Shown piece after piece: positions 19,235 through 33,965 of a stretch of 64,000 nucleotides of DNA (the stretch's first letter is position 1; the number at the start of each line of letters is the position of its first letter). This DNA is from the human T2T-CHM13v2.0 reference genome, Homo sapiens, in assembly GCF_009914755.1 (NCBI RefSeq), contig NC_060928.1, one strand, 5' to 3'. The notes below the pieces were generated by a model. That model saw only the letters and a program-made list of their open reading frames with translations. It had not been told where the DNA came from and did no database searches. The translations under genes were made by a program, and so were the position numbers.

Positions 19235-19680
19235 CTGCAGCAGAGACTGCTAGGTTCCTGCTCAAAATCTACTATCCCTTTTCTCTTTGTAGGAAAATTC
19301 ACATTTCACTTATGTACCCGGGAAAAAGACCACATTTTTCATCTTCCCTTGCAGTGAGGTGTGGCCATTTGATTAAGATCTGGTCAATGAGATAAAAAAT
19401 AAAATGTTGTGTGAGATGCACAGGAATGCTGAGAAAAGAAGCTGATTCAGTGAGGACAGGGGCCCTTCTATCCTTTCCCTTCTTTCCTCCCAGAAGGACC
19501 TCTAGGAGCCATCTTGTACCATGAGGTGACATTGAGGATGGAAGCCGGTGCTTCCTTGGGGACTCTGGAATCATGGACTCCTTTTTATGAGAGAGAGGGA
19601 AATCTAAACCCCTTATGGTTTAAAAACCAGTGATTTTGGATTTTCTGTTATAATGTGTCTGAACCTAATTCTGACTCACA
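19235..19680. mobile_element. Old MaLR/ERVL LTR remnant
   Basis: cttcccttgcagtgaggtgtggccatttgattaagatctggtcaatgagat..gccatcttgtaccatgagg..gaacctaattctgact. Confidence 0.55.
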
Positions 19681-19919
19681 ACCTGAAACATATCCAAGGA
19701 TTCAGTAGACCCATATTTAACTTTACAGGTAGGTACTTTGTGAGTCATCACAACACAAAAACTACAGTATGGTATGCAGCAGAACCTACATCAAGGGAAG
19801 GTTTCCTATCTGCTAACCTCTATTTCATGTAGACTGAAACTTGACCAGCTTGCATTGATTCAAATCCCTAACTAATCCAAGCACTGAGTAAAGCATAAAA
19901 ATGCCATTTGGGTGTCAGT

Positions 19920-20912
19920 GCCTACATGACTTAAGTACTTGAATGTCTCCCAGGCATCTCAAACATTTCATGAGTTTATACTGAAACGCATCCTTCCAAC
20001 CCAGTCATCACCAACACTGCCATGACAGCTTCTTACCTCATGTTATCCTTTCAGTAAGTGGCATATCCATCCACCTAACTTACCATGCCACAAGCCTGGG
20101 GGCCACCGCTGACCCCTTCTTCCTCATTTCCAATATCCAGGCTATTGTCAAGTCCCAGAATCTCCTTCTAAAATATACTTCATTTCTGTCTATTTCTCGC
20201 TGTTTCCTTGGAGGGTCACCTTGGAGGATTGAGCTATTCCATTTCTTGCCCAGACAACTCCAACCACCTTCTGTCTGGATTTCCATTCTCCACACAGCAG
20301 CTAGAGAGAAAACACAATCCGGATCATTTTACTACATGCATAAAACTCTTTAAAGGCTCCCAACAGTGTTGGGATACAGTCCCAAATCCTAAATAAGACT
20401 TAGAGGCTCTGCACCATCTGACCCTGCCTATCCTCCACCACCTGGCATAGTTGTGAGCCAGTCTCTCTCACTGGGCTTCAGCCACCGACCTGTTCATCTC
20501 TTGAGTGTGCCATCTCAGGGGCCTGCACAAGCTGGTCCCATGTCTGTACTACTCTGTTCCTACCCCTATTTAACAGTTAACTCCTACTGATATTCCTGGT
20601 CATTGATTAAATTATCATTTTCATATCACTTCCTCAATGAGGCCTTCCTTGACCCAGCCCCAATCTCCATCAGGTGTTCCAATTATAATCTCTCACACAC
20701 CCTTCACTTTAACTGCATGGTGCTTCAATTTTCAATTGGATATATATGTGTGTGATTTTTCTTTTTCTTTTTTTTTGGGATGAGGCCAGTCTCCCCCAGA
20801 GACCAAAAGCACGGTGAGGACTGTTTTGTGTGCTGCTGCATCATGAGCACCTAATACGGTGCCTAATACATATAAATGATCAGTAAATATTTGTGGGAAT
20901 AATTGATTAATT
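19920..20912 (+). mobile_element. L2 (3' ~1 kb)
   Basis: ttgaatgtctcccaggcatctcaaac..ctctttaaaggctccc..atcacttcctcaatgaggccttccttgacc..cagtaaatatttgtgggaataattgatt terminus. Confidence 0.82.
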
Positions 20913-21687
20913 AAGATGAAACCTGGAAACTCAGTAGCATCTGCTTTTGTGGCCACTTTTCTTGAGTTCTGTCTTACATGGTTTAAAACCATGATTTAAG
21001 GGCTCTCCTGCCCCGAAAATCTTTCCCACATTGATGGAATGTAATCTGTCTCCTCCTCTCCCTCATCCCTCTCTTCAGCCCATCCTCCACACTTCCTTCT
21101 TCCTTGAGTCTCATTATTATCATAATTTTCAGCAGGCACTTTACAAACACAATTTCATTAAATCTTCTCAAGCAACCTGCAGCTGCAATGTCATCATCTC
21201 CATTTCACTGATGGTAAGTCTGAGGTTTACAGAAAATTACCTTTGCTAAGGTTGCACAACTGTTAAGTAGTAAAGCTGGAGCTGGAACTACTAAATATCT
21301 ATCTTTCCACTGTCCACTGTACAGAGATTTCTCTTCAGTTAGTTATACTTATTCATTCCACATTTACTGATCACTTGTATACCAGACACTGCATAGGCAT
21401 AGCTGAATAAAACAAAATTAATCAGGCCCCTCCACTCATGGTAATTATTGTGGACCTATTTGGTAATGAATTAAGATTCATATTCACTAGCTCTTTAACA
21501 CTGGGTGTACATGTGTGTGAAGTGATAAGTAATATTTTTTATGATGTTTTGACATTGTTTTAAACAACTTTTTTTTTTCTCCAAATATCTAAAGAACTGG
21601 GCACACTGAATAAACCAGAGTTTTTACGGCTTGAAGTCTAATGTGGTAAAGGAGAAGCAGTTCTAGAGTAGTTCATCTTAAAAAAAA

Positions 21688-22390
21688 TTTTTTATTGAGA
21701 TATATTTCACAGACCAAAAGAAATCCACCCATTTATCACATACAATTAAGTGATTTTGAGTATATTCAGAATTGTGCAACCATTACCAAAATGTAAATTT
21801 AAATTGTTTTCGGCCAGGCTCGGCGGCTCACTCCCATAACTCCAGCAATTTGGGAGACCAAGGTGGGAGCATCATTTGAACTAAGGAGTTTGAGAAAAGC
21901 CTGGGCAACATAGTGAGACCCTATCTCTATGAAAAATAAAAATATTAATAATTTTCATCACCCTGAAAATAAACTCCTGACTACATATACCCTCCACTCT
22001 ATCCCCCAGTCTCTAGCAACCACTAATCTTTCTGCCTCTATAGATTTACCTGTTTTGGACATTTAATATAAGTGGATACTATTGGCCTTTTGCAGCTAGG
22101 TTCTTTTACTTAGCATAACGTTTTCACCGTTATTGTGCCGTAGCACGTGTCAGTACTTCATTCCTTTTTATTGTAGATTAATATTTCATTTTATGGACAA
22201 ACATTTTGTGCATCCATTACACAGCTGACAAAGGACATTTTGGTTGATTCTACTTTTTGGCTATTACGAATAATGCTGCTATGAATATTTGTGTGTAAAT
22301 ATTTGCGTGGACATATATTTTCATTTCTTTTGGGTATATATCTAAGCGTGGACTTGCTGGGTCACACGGTAACCTCCATGTTCAATATTG
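21688..22390 (-). mobile_element. L1M 3' fragment interrupted by FLAM monomer (+, ~21812-21940)
   Basis: ttattgagatatatttcac..tagcaaccactaatctt..ttggctattacgaataatgctgctatgaatattt..ttgctgggtca. Confidence 0.82.
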
Positions 22391-22981
22391 AAGAAGTTTC
22401 AGCAGCCCCTCTATGAGAAAAGGTTTGGGTTTCTGCTCTGAGGATTGAGTGTGGTCAGTGCTTGGCTGTTTCGCTAGGCCCTCATTTTTGTTTACACCCC
22501 CTCTCTTCTTGTCTTTCTTCCCCTTTATTTGCCTCTTTTATTCTCTTTTCTGTAGACTCCAGTCTCCTGCTGGTTTTAGTAGGAACTGAAGCTTTCACCG
22601 CCTAAAAGTTATTTGTAAAACACTTTGAACTCTCTGGAGGATGGACATTAGAGTAATAATGTTTATCTGTGGGTTAGGCACTCCTGGTGCTGTTTTGTAA
22701 CAAAAGGGCTTATTGAGTAGGAGGCTTATTTAACTTGTTCGGGAGGGTTACCCTCCTACAACATGCTGTCCAAACAGATTCTTAATTACCCAGCTGAGAG
22801 TCTGAACGTCTTGAGGAATTACTTTGAAGTTTCTCGTTAATATTACCATCATATCATGTAAGTCTATATCGCGAGTTTGTAGATGTATGGAGTTCCTAGT
22901 GGGTGCCCGGCACATAATAATTGCTTAATAAATTGCGATTATGAAACGTTACTCTAATGAACTATTAGTGTTTTTTTTTAA

Positions 22982-23275
<294 letters not shown>

Positions 23276-24261
23276 AAGGTATACATTTTAATACTTTAAA
23301 ATGCCTAACTTTTTTTGGGACACACTGGAGTTGTTTCATAACACACAAAATAGGCTTTTTGAGGGCACTGACATAAATTCTCATTGATCGTCACCCCCAC
23401 GCGGTGAAAACCACACGTTACCTGGCATGTTTTCCGGTAGTTATTTTTAGAATAATAAAGATCGTCTTCACCTACCCCAGCAAATTTAATGTGCTGAACA
23501 CAACAGAAACAACTTTTCTGTGGTTTAGCCAGCCCTCTCTCTTCAACTAAGTTATTTAGTGCGGATACGCAGAGAAGTGTAATAGGAGCTGCTGGGCCAC
23601 CAAGAAAACGCTCTTGCCATTGTAAGGCTTCGATCTCAAGCGGAGATTTACCACGCATCTCACTTTAAACTGGGAAAGGAACCGGGATAAGGAAAAGAGC
23701 CCCCTGTGCGAGTTCGTTCCCAGCTCGGGGTTGGGGGCGTCCCAGGATAAATGAGATAAATGAGTTAATCATCTCCTGCAAGGCAGCCACTTCAGAGTTA
23801 TGTCGCCCGCCTGCGGGGACTAACGACTGCAATTAAGACGCTCCTTCTCGGTCCCGGTCGGGTTCCGTGCAGCGGGGAGCCGACTGTGAGTCACCCCGGC
23901 CCCGGGAGCCCAAGCAAAGGGGAGGGGAGAGCGCCCAGGGTGGAGGGGAGCCGCGGGGCGAAATTCTAGCCCCAGGACGCCTCGGAAGGAAGAGGAGGGG
24001 CAGCTGCGCGTGGGGAAGAGAAGGAAGAGGCGTCCAGGGAAGGGAAGGGAGGAAGAAGGAAGGCGGAGGAAAGAGAAGGGGACGAGCGGGAGCGCGGGCC
24101 CGGCCGGGTGGCGCCTCGGGGAGTGTCTGCCGCGCGGGGGCCGGGCGGGGCGGGGCCGCGGGCGCTCAGAGCTCGGCGGGGGCTGCCGGGATTGGGGCGC
24201 CGCAGCTAGCGCTGGTCTCGGTGGCAGCTCCTCCGCGCCGCAGGACTCGGCTCTACGGGAC

Positions 24262-24300
24262 ATGTCCGTGCCGCGCTCGCCGCGCGCCCGGGCCTGCTAG
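24262..24300 (+). other. Upstream ORF candidate [12 protein letters not shown]
   Basis: gacATGtcc...tgcTAG; G at -3; ends 107 nt before the main ATG and is out of frame with it. Confidence 0.55.
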
Positions 24301-24407
24301 CTCCTCTGTGCTCCCTGAACGCGCGGCGCCGCACCTGGCAGCGGCCTCGGAGCTCGGCTCGGGCAGGAGCGCGCGGCCGTGCGCACCGCGCAGCGACCGC
24401 TGCCGTC

Positions 24408-24561
24408 ATGGGGCTGCAGCCCCTGGAGTTCAGCGACTGCTACCTCGACAGCCCGTGGTTCCGGGAGAGGATCCGCGCTCACGAAGCGGAACTCGAGAGG
24501 ACCAACAAGTTCATCAAAGAGCTCATTAAGGACGGGAAGAACCTCATCGCTGCGACGAAAA
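24408..24561 (+). CDS. ARHGAP10: Rho GTPase-activating protein 10 (GRAF2), first coding exon, start of the BAR domain
   Basis: Translates [51 protein letters not shown], which I recognise as the ARHGAP10 N-terminus (GRAF/oligophrenin family LEFSD-YLDSP-FRE motif); strong Kozak gccgtcATGG; donor AAA|GTAAGC at 24561/24562, phase 1 (154 nt). Confidence 0.96.
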
Positions 24562-27559
24562 GTAAGCGGGGACGCGGGCGCGGACGGGCTGCGGCGTGGC
24601 GAGGCGGCTGGGGGAGCCTCTCTCGGCAGGAGACGGAGGGTCTTGTGTCCGGGGCCAGCAGCCAGAGGAACGGGGAATTCATTCCGGACCAGCCCAGCTC
24701 TCTCGGAACCCCGGGGGGTCCCTGGAATCATTCCTCCTCGAGGCAGCGCGGCGAGTCCCCATTCCCGCCCCTGCGGCTCTGCGGCGGCGGGAACCAGCTG
24801 CCAGCGGGCCCCGCCTGGGCCCCGCCTGGCCCCGGCCGAACACCCCTCGCTGAATGCGCGCTCCGCTGGACCGACCCTAGGCACTCCTGGCCCGGAGTCA
24901 GGTTTCATTGCTGCCTAAAGCTACTCACAATCTCTTACAAAACCGAGGCATCTGTTTGCCTAGTTTTGTTTTGTGACTTCTCAAAAGAAATTTCTTGGGG
25001 ATTCTTTGAAACCCTGCGGGAGTGTTGAGTTTTCCAGAGTCCCCTTAAGCTTCACCTTTTCCCTCTCATTGTCTGATCTTCCCCGACAGTCCTGTTCCAG
25101 GTCCTTCACGTGCCAAACCAGAAAGTCCACCTGGCTTTATGCTGCTTCCGCACATTCCTCCCCTGCCGTGCTGAGGAGGGTTCAAAGATTGGGGTTTGGA
25201 AGGGTGAGCGGACAGCCTGCCCTCTAGCCTAGGCGGGCACTGCTTGCAAATAGGGAATTCCACCCCGGTTAGGCTTGGTGCCTTCCTCCCCTGAACTTCT
25301 GTCTCTTAAACTCGGAAGAAGACACGAGATACAGGAGAGATAACTGTATTTTAGTGTAGTTGAGGAGAGTCTTTCTAGGAGAGAAGGGGCCAAAATTCAT
25401 GCAGAAATACTGAGTTAGTGATGCTACTGGAAAATGGGGCGGAATTAGCCCCAGTGAGGAGCTGGGCAGCCTGACCATCCCTTGGATCCATAACCCCTTC
25501 GGAGGATGGCGGTGAATGTCCCCTTTCCCCCTTTAAAAGACCTGTCCATACAGCAGACAGGGACTTGGGCAGTATCCAGCCTTGAGGGGCTGGGTTCTTA
25601 GGGCCCTCATCACTCACCTAGATTCTCAGTTCAGTAATTCTCAGCCTTAGGTATTCGTCCCTTGTACATTTGTTTGTAGATACCACCTCTGGGGAAAATC
25701 CCCCATCTCACTGTTCTCCCGACCGCGCCCCGCCCCATTTTTCAGTAAGGGCGATTAAAACATATTGATTATACTGTCTCGGGCACCCAGCATGGTGCCT
25801 GGTACAGTAAATATGCATTTAATGAATAAGTTGAAGTACATTTCTGTGGGAAGAATTTAGTGAGCCATCCCTGTAATTTTGGAGGCAAGTCACTCAACTT
25901 CTCTGGATGATCTCCAAGGTTCCTTTTGGTTCTCTGACCTCTTTGGTGTTGCAAAATCAGGACTGGGACTCACTTAGGGTTTTTTTGTTTTGTTTTTAAG
26001 TCTCTGCTGCTTGAATCAGAAATGGGACTCTGGGACATGTGACAAGTGGGCTTATTTGGTTGAGGGCTCTCCAGGCCCTTGGCATCTGGTATGTGTGTTG
26101 GGTGGGAAGTAGGGGGGCGCTATACATATGGAGGAGTGAGCATAGAAAGGAGGAGTTGGGAGCGGGGGTGCAGAGTGAACACGAGAGAATGAGGACTGAG
26201 GACTCTTTCTGTAACTTGATGTTAACCAGGGTCAGTGGCCGGGAGAATGTACCTTCTCTCTCATTGGTTGTAGTAGTTCCCTCTGGAGCTAGAGAGGTGT
26301 GGAGAGAGGCAGAGGGCAAAGCCAGTTTGGCCACTGGTAGAAAGCTATTTCTGTGACAGCATATTAGCTTTCCTGCCATCAGGACACATGCGTTAGGTTC
26401 CAGCAGCAGCCAGTGCATCTGGGGGGCCAGATGTCAGCTTTCCTCCAGACTGTAGACTTTCTTGAATTTGTGAATTAGTATCTTACTCATTTTGATTCTC
26501 GTCCTTTAGCATAAGAAACATAACTTGTAATCATGCTTTGAGAGTAATTGGGAAGTGTCTTTTTTTCTCGTTATGTTCATTAAGAATTTATGTTTAAATT
26601 CTTTCCCAGAAGGTGACAGGAACACAGCTGTAGCTCACATGCCTTTTCCCGCTTGCTCCATAAAGTTTACTTCTAGTTCCTATCAAAGACTAAGAGCCTT
26701 GGACTAAAGTCAGGGGACCTGAATTTAATTCTTCTTCACTGGTTAGGGCGTGGCTATAGGAAAATTGAGCAGGTCTTATTCTTTTGCGTCCAACTTCCCC
26801 TGTCTACCTCTTAGGGGAACTAATAAGGTTCTGCAGCATTTGAAAATGGCTTGATGAGGTTATTTGAAACTGCAGTCTAGGTAAATGGTTCATCTAACCA
26901 GTTGAGCTTTTGTATAACATCAGAGAGTCAAGGGATGACATTGGGTGGAGGATCTACAGAAAGAATAAAACCCACTAGGTCAGATTATTTATATTTCCAG
27001 ATATTTTATATTTTATTTTACAAAAATGGCCTTTTGAGCATTTCGAGAAGTGTGTATTTAAGTGATTTCTATTTTTAATTGCCCTGCACGGTGTCTCCTG
27101 TTTGCATTACATTCTTGGAAGATTTCAATATGTAATTTTGATGGCTTGATGCTTTGAAGTCTTCCATAAATATTTAGAGTTTTGAGGCCTATGCGACCTG
27201 AAGGCTTACTGCTGAATTCAATTAGGTAGCAATCTGCAAATATTTAGCACCTATAATTTGCTAAATACTGGAATTAGATACGGATTTATAATGGGGTAGA
27301 GGCCCTTGCCCTTGAGTTTACTGTCCTGTAGTTGAAATTACTTCAATCTAAGGAACATTTTTGAACTCCTTCCTGCACTGTGCTAAATTCTTGAAGAAAC
27401 AAAGGATATAGACACATACCTGTGACAAGGTTAAACATTTAGTGACAAGTATTCTAACTTTTCCAGGGACAAGGGTTTGTATGTTAGAGTGGAGGAGGTT
27501 TGTGAAAGTTTTGGAACTCACTGGTGATAAGGAGTAGAACCTTATCATATTGGAAACCA

Positions 27560-27870
27560 GAAGAAACCAGAACACTCGAGTGTTTGAAGAGACTAGTTTG
27601 GCTGGAATGGTGGTTTTTCAGGGAGTAGTAGACTGGGATGGATGGAGAGGTCAGTTTTAGATTATGGAGGGCCATAAAAACAAGGTTAGGAATGTGGACT
27701 TTATCTTGTGGAGAGTTACTGAAGGCTTTTCAGCAGAAGGCTGACATAATAGCAAAGAGATGGTTTAGAGACAGTATCGCACATTTGTGTGTAGGGTGAA
27801 GTTGGGGATAGCGCTAGGGGTGGGGAGGAACTCCAGAGAGAAGAGCCAGTCATTTTAGTGGTGGATTTGG
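27560..27870 (-). mobile_element. L2 fragment
   Basis: tttggctggaatgg..agattatggagggccat..ggactttatcttg..gagttactgaaggcttttcagcag. Confidence 0.65.
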
Positions 27871-28224
27871 AGATTATTCACTCAATTCAATGAATTCTTT
27901 GTTCAAATGGCTTTTTTAGTTTTCTTTTTAAAGTACTTTCTTTTCTTAAAATAACCAGTGTCTTCTTTAAATGCAGTTTAAACTTTTGTAAGCCTTCGTG
28001 ATGTCTATGTAGTTTCAGTTGCTTATGATTCATACAGGTAGATAGCACAGTTGCCAGAAACAGCAATAAACCATATATGCTTTTCTCATAAATTTTACGT
28101 TAGGCAGTCTTGAGAAAATGTATCTTGTTCTTTAGAGAAAATTTTTTAAAACTAACAGTCCTTACAGTTATTAAGCACTAATACAGTGATATAAAATGCT
28201 CTGTAGTGAACTTAAATTGTCTAG

Positions 28225-28225
<1 letters not shown>

Positions 28226-28259
<34 letters not shown>
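28226..28259. repeat. (TG)17 microsatellite
   Basis: Perfect TG repeat read directly. Confidence 0.95.
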
Positions 28260-28261
<2 letters not shown>

Positions 28262-28805
28262 GCTAAAGGGGCCCTCATTAATGAGTCTGCTGTTACTAAA
28301 CATGCATGGAAAAGGATGTAAAGGGCCTTGTTAGTGGCAGAGCCTGGACAAGAATTTAGGTCTTCCGACTTGGTTTTGGTACTTCTAGCCTTGGCATTTT
28401 AATGGTTTTTGCTTTGTTCCTCTTAGGAAAAACATAAAAGTTCTCTTTGGCTGTCTTTATGTTTACTGTTTCAGAGAAATATTCTTTTGGGGAAATTTCT
28501 TAAGTTGCCATTACATTAAACCCACTGAGATTTGGAAGACTAAAAATAATTTTCCTATTTTGTAAACTTGAGCCTTGGTTTCCTTTTTTTTTGTAAAATG
28601 GGACTGATACAGAAAGCCTTGAGGAATAAATAAAATGGTGTGAAAGTGTTTTGAAACACAAATGTAAAATGGTTGTGTAGACACTACTGCTGGTTCAGCC
28701 AACATTCCTTTTCCCCTCTGACAATCCAGATTTCATTCAAGTGTCTGCATCCTTTTCAGATGACTCAGGGGAAGGCATTTCAGGGTAATTCTGATTAATC
28801 TAACT

Positions 28806-28879
28806 CAGTGGTTCTCAATCGTAGCTGCTCAATAAAATCACCTGGGGGAACTGTTAAAGCAGTCAGGGTTAAGAAACTA
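28806..28879. mobile_element. Internally deleted MER5A-like element
   Basis: cagtggttctcaa..aatcacctggggga..cagggttaagaaacta; both TIRs only ~70 bp apart. Confidence 0.6.
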
Positions 28880-29259
28880 TAAGTCCGTTATGATAAACCC
28901 ATTTTCTGGGTTGGTAATTATTAGAAGAATGAGGTTGTATCCCAGTTCTGACCAAGGAGACGTGACAGGAAGTCTGGGTACTGCAGGGGGAGGCTTCCTT
29001 TTGTCATAGGAGACGCGAAGAAGGATGGTTTTCTACTTTTCTGTATTCTCTCATGATGCCTAGGACTGCTACCCACTATCTTGGGCCTGAGGGTAAGTGG
29101 CATAGCGCGCTAACTGAATCTGGGTTCTTGATGCTGTTGGGAGACCTGTGGGATTTTCTATGCTTTGAATGTCTTGTTAAATGACATAAGACAGTTTTGA
29201 GTTGGGTTTTCTGCTACTTAATGCCCTAGGTTTTTTATTTATTATTATTTTTAGATTTT

Positions 29260-29559
<300 letters not shown>

Positions 29560-30374
29560 TTAATGGCCTAATTTTGATAAAGTGGTGTAATTGTAAATTT
29601 TGTGATTATGCTCCCATCAAGTGGAATTTAGAGAGATACAGAAAATAAAATGCTATTTTAAAAAGTTAATAAATTGCAGGGTAATTTTTTCCCGAATGGA
29701 AAGGAATACTCATCTACACTCTTTGCCTTGAAGAAGTTACCATAGAGCCCCTACAATTTGGGGCATCACCTGGGATAAGTCCAACTGTCACTTGGGGCTT
29801 TATTACAGTGGCTGGTCTCCAGTGTGAATGTAGACCGGCTGTGAAAATAATTACAATCAGACTTGAGCCAGGGTGGGGACCCAGACAGGCTTGAAAAGCT
29901 TGAAATGCTTTACTCACTGCAGGTGGTCTTTGACTCCATTTAGAGTTGTTCCTATTTAGAGCTTCCCACCAGGCCACCAGCTGAGCCATGGTTATTTAGA
30001 ACAGATTTTTTACTAGCCAGTCAGCAATCTAATGTTCTCAGTGTCTTTTTGTCACATTGCCTTTCTCTGTCCTCCCATCTGCTGGGGTTCCTTTGACCAG
30101 CTCCTTGTCGCTGTGTTGTTGTTGTTTTTTTTTTTTTTGAGGGGACTAGGGTACATTGTAGACTTTTGGATAAAGAATACAGAGAGGAGGGTATTTTTGT
30201 GTTTAATCTTTAAAATAGCTGATGGAATATAATATAGAAGATTAAGAGCATAAGCTGAGGTACTAGCCTGGCTGGGTTCATACCCAAGCTCAACCACCTG
30301 CTAACAGGGGATCCTTGCTCAAGCTGCTTAGCTTTTCTATATCTGTGTTCTCGTCAGTAAAATAGAAATTGTAG

Positions 30375-30673
30375 GGCTGGGCGCGGTGGCTCACGCCTAT
30401 AATCCCAGCACTTTGGGAGGCCGAGGCGGGCGGATCACGAGGTCAGGAGATCGAGACCATCCTGGCTAACACGGTGAAACCCCATCTCTACTAAAAATAA
30501 AAAATAAATTAGCCGGGCGTAGTGGAGGGCACCTGTAGTCCCAGCTACTCGGGAGGCTGAGGCAGGAGAATGGCGTGGACCCAGGAAGTGGAGCTTTCAG
30601 CGAGCAGAGATCGCGTCACTGCACTCCAGCCTGGGCAACTGAGTGAGACTCTGTCTCCCCCCCCAAAAAAAAA
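30375..30673 (+). mobile_element. AluY inserted in a MIR
   Basis: AluY diagnostics; MIR core on both sides (~30220-30770). Confidence 0.92.
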
Positions 30674-31005
30674 TTATAATACGACCTACTATATTGGATT
30701 AAAAGTAGGATTTGTTAATACATGTAAAGCATTTAGTATAAGTGCTCAAAGGTTAACAATTATGATGACATAACTAAATTACAGGCATATATTTTATTAT
30801 CAAGGCCCTGTTCTTGCCTCAAAATAGCTGTTCTGCACCCTAGACCAGGTATCTAACCTTTTAGTGTTTATTACCCCTAACAGTATATTTCTCCAAAGCA
30901 CCATTACCAGTGACCAAGAAGAGAGACAAAATTGTCAAACCCTGGAAAGGCTTCCAAATTTTGATTGTAGTTCGGGATGCTGGAAAATCTTGAAAACACA
31001 TTGGT

Positions 31006-31524
<519 letters not shown>

Positions 31525-31736
31525 TCAAGGTATTGACATGACAATATAAGTGACTGCAGCCTTCAAATACTTCAAATTACAGAGATACTTTTTGAGGACG
31601 TGAACTCAAAATTAGGGTTTCTAGCGTCTGACATGCTGGAAATCCTAACAGCTTGTATTTGCTATGGTAAATTCACAATAAAAGAAGACGACCAGAGACA
31701 TCCCTAAGAGGGATTTTCCTAAGAGCTGTTAGGTAA

Positions 31737-32399
<663 letters not shown>

Positions 32400-33773
32400 G
32401 AATTCAGAGAGATTAGTAGCTTGTCTAAATCACAATTTGTCATTGATGGAGCTGGAATGTGAACCTAGGTTTGTCTTCACTCCAAAACCCTGAACCACAG
32501 TAATGAGCTGTCTCTGTAAAGGGGTGTAACCGTGGTCTTCTGCTAGGGAAGTGATAATCGATCTTGATTATCTAGAGTGTGTGTACATTTGATCTAGTTA
32601 GGATATTCTTTTTACCTTAGTATGATGACTGATTTAAATTTTGTTAAATTTTAAGACCCCTCTGGGGCCATTATTATAATTTAAACTGATTGCTAATTTG
32701 TATTATGAGTACAGTATAGACATTCCAAGGTCGGGTTGATTTAGTATCCATTACAAGACACAGACCTCCACTCTGTCTCTCTCAATCTCCACCTTCCTCT
32801 TTTCCTCCCCATTCCTTGTCCTACCCTTCAGTAGAGTAACTTTTAACTTATTCTTTTAGTATTAGGCTTGTTTTTCCTTTGAAAAGTTTGAGATACTTTA
32901 GAAATATAAAAAGATAGTCTCACAATAAACATTCATTTATTTTTCCCCCTCCCCCCAGCTTAATGAAAGCATCTTGTATACCCATTCTTTTCCCCAAGGG
33001 GTAGGACCTATCTCAGATCTGGTGTTTATTGTTCCTAGGCATTTTGATACAGTTGGGCACATCCATAAACAATATATAATGTGTTTGCATGTGTTTAAAC
33101 TTTATATAATGGTTTCATCCTATACTTTTTTCCCTCTGAATATATTTGTGAGATTCATCCAATTGGATGTATGTAACTTTATTTCATTTAGTTCAACCTT
33201 TTTTTCCTACAAGTGACATTTAAAAGGACTTTGTTAATTGATGTTCTATGATGATGTACCTTCTACCTATGCATTTTTTGGATGATAAAACTAAATATAT
33301 TTAGGGAATATTCATGATGAAAGCCTTATTGAAATTAGTTTTATAAATTTAGGATACTAGCTTTCAAAACAGTCAGTAATTAATAAATCCATGAATCTTA
33401 AAGACATTTAACCCATTTTCTTTTTGGTATTTTGTTACCAGCCCAGCATGGATAATCAGAGTAAGCCAGTTCATGTCTCAGGACTATATGAGAACTGGTT
33501 TGAGTCAGAAACAAAAAATCTTTAAAAGCCATTTTGCTTCATTGAAATTAGACTTCTGATTAGAAAGAGAAAAATGATGTTTGTATAAACACAATGTACA
33601 TGGAGAATTCTGGTAACTGTCAAGCTAGTTGGGGCAGATGAACATGATTTTCAGGCAGGGACTGGATGGTATCTTGTGGTAAGCCCCAAAGCAAACACTG
33701 GCAGGTCTGCTTCCCTTACTTATCCTAACACAGGAATGTAATTGCCAGGGGGATGCTTTTGTATTGAGAAGGC

Positions 33774-33872
33774 CTTGATATTGTTCTCTTTATAAACACA
33801 TACACACACACACAGAGAAAAACACCAGACACTTTACATTCTAAAGGCAGGCATCTTGATATCGTTCTCTTT

Positions 33873-33936
<64 letters not shown>

Positions 33937-33965
33937 CAGGCGCTTTGCATTCTAAAGGCAGGCAT
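33774..33965. repeat. Two-copy tandem duplication containing (CA)n
   Basis: cttgatat(t/c)gttctcttta..(CA)n..cacca(g)..cttt(a/g)cattctaaaggcaggcat twice (33774-33854, 33855-33965). Confidence 0.9.

Larger units (their letters stand above)
23700..24900. promoter_or_regulatory. ARHGAP10: CpG island / promoter and 5' end of ARHGAP10
   Basis: Very GC- and CpG-rich against a CpG-depleted background; overlapping GC boxes GGGCGGGGCGGGG near 24143-24155; AP-1 TGAGTCA at 23887-23893; no obvious TATA; surrounds the first coding exon. Confidence 0.92.

Noticed and set aside
24306-24407. In-frame upstream CTG starts giving an N-terminal extension
   Set aside because: CTGs at 24306 and 24315 are in frame but have pyrimidines at -3 and no G at +4; no supporting evidence
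23820-24918. Several overlapping 100-220-aa ORFs on both strands
   Set aside because: Low-complexity Arg/Gly/Ala/Pro translations expected in a CpG island; no recognisable domain
24408-25028. 206-aa ORF as a full protein
   Set aside because: Only the first 51 codons are ARHGAP10; a canonical GTAAGC donor follows, and the read-through is explained by stop-poor GC-rich intron sequence
26104-26123. Possible CTCF site gggaagtaggggggcgcta
   Set aside because: Lacks the CC at the start of the core and has an extra G; weak match
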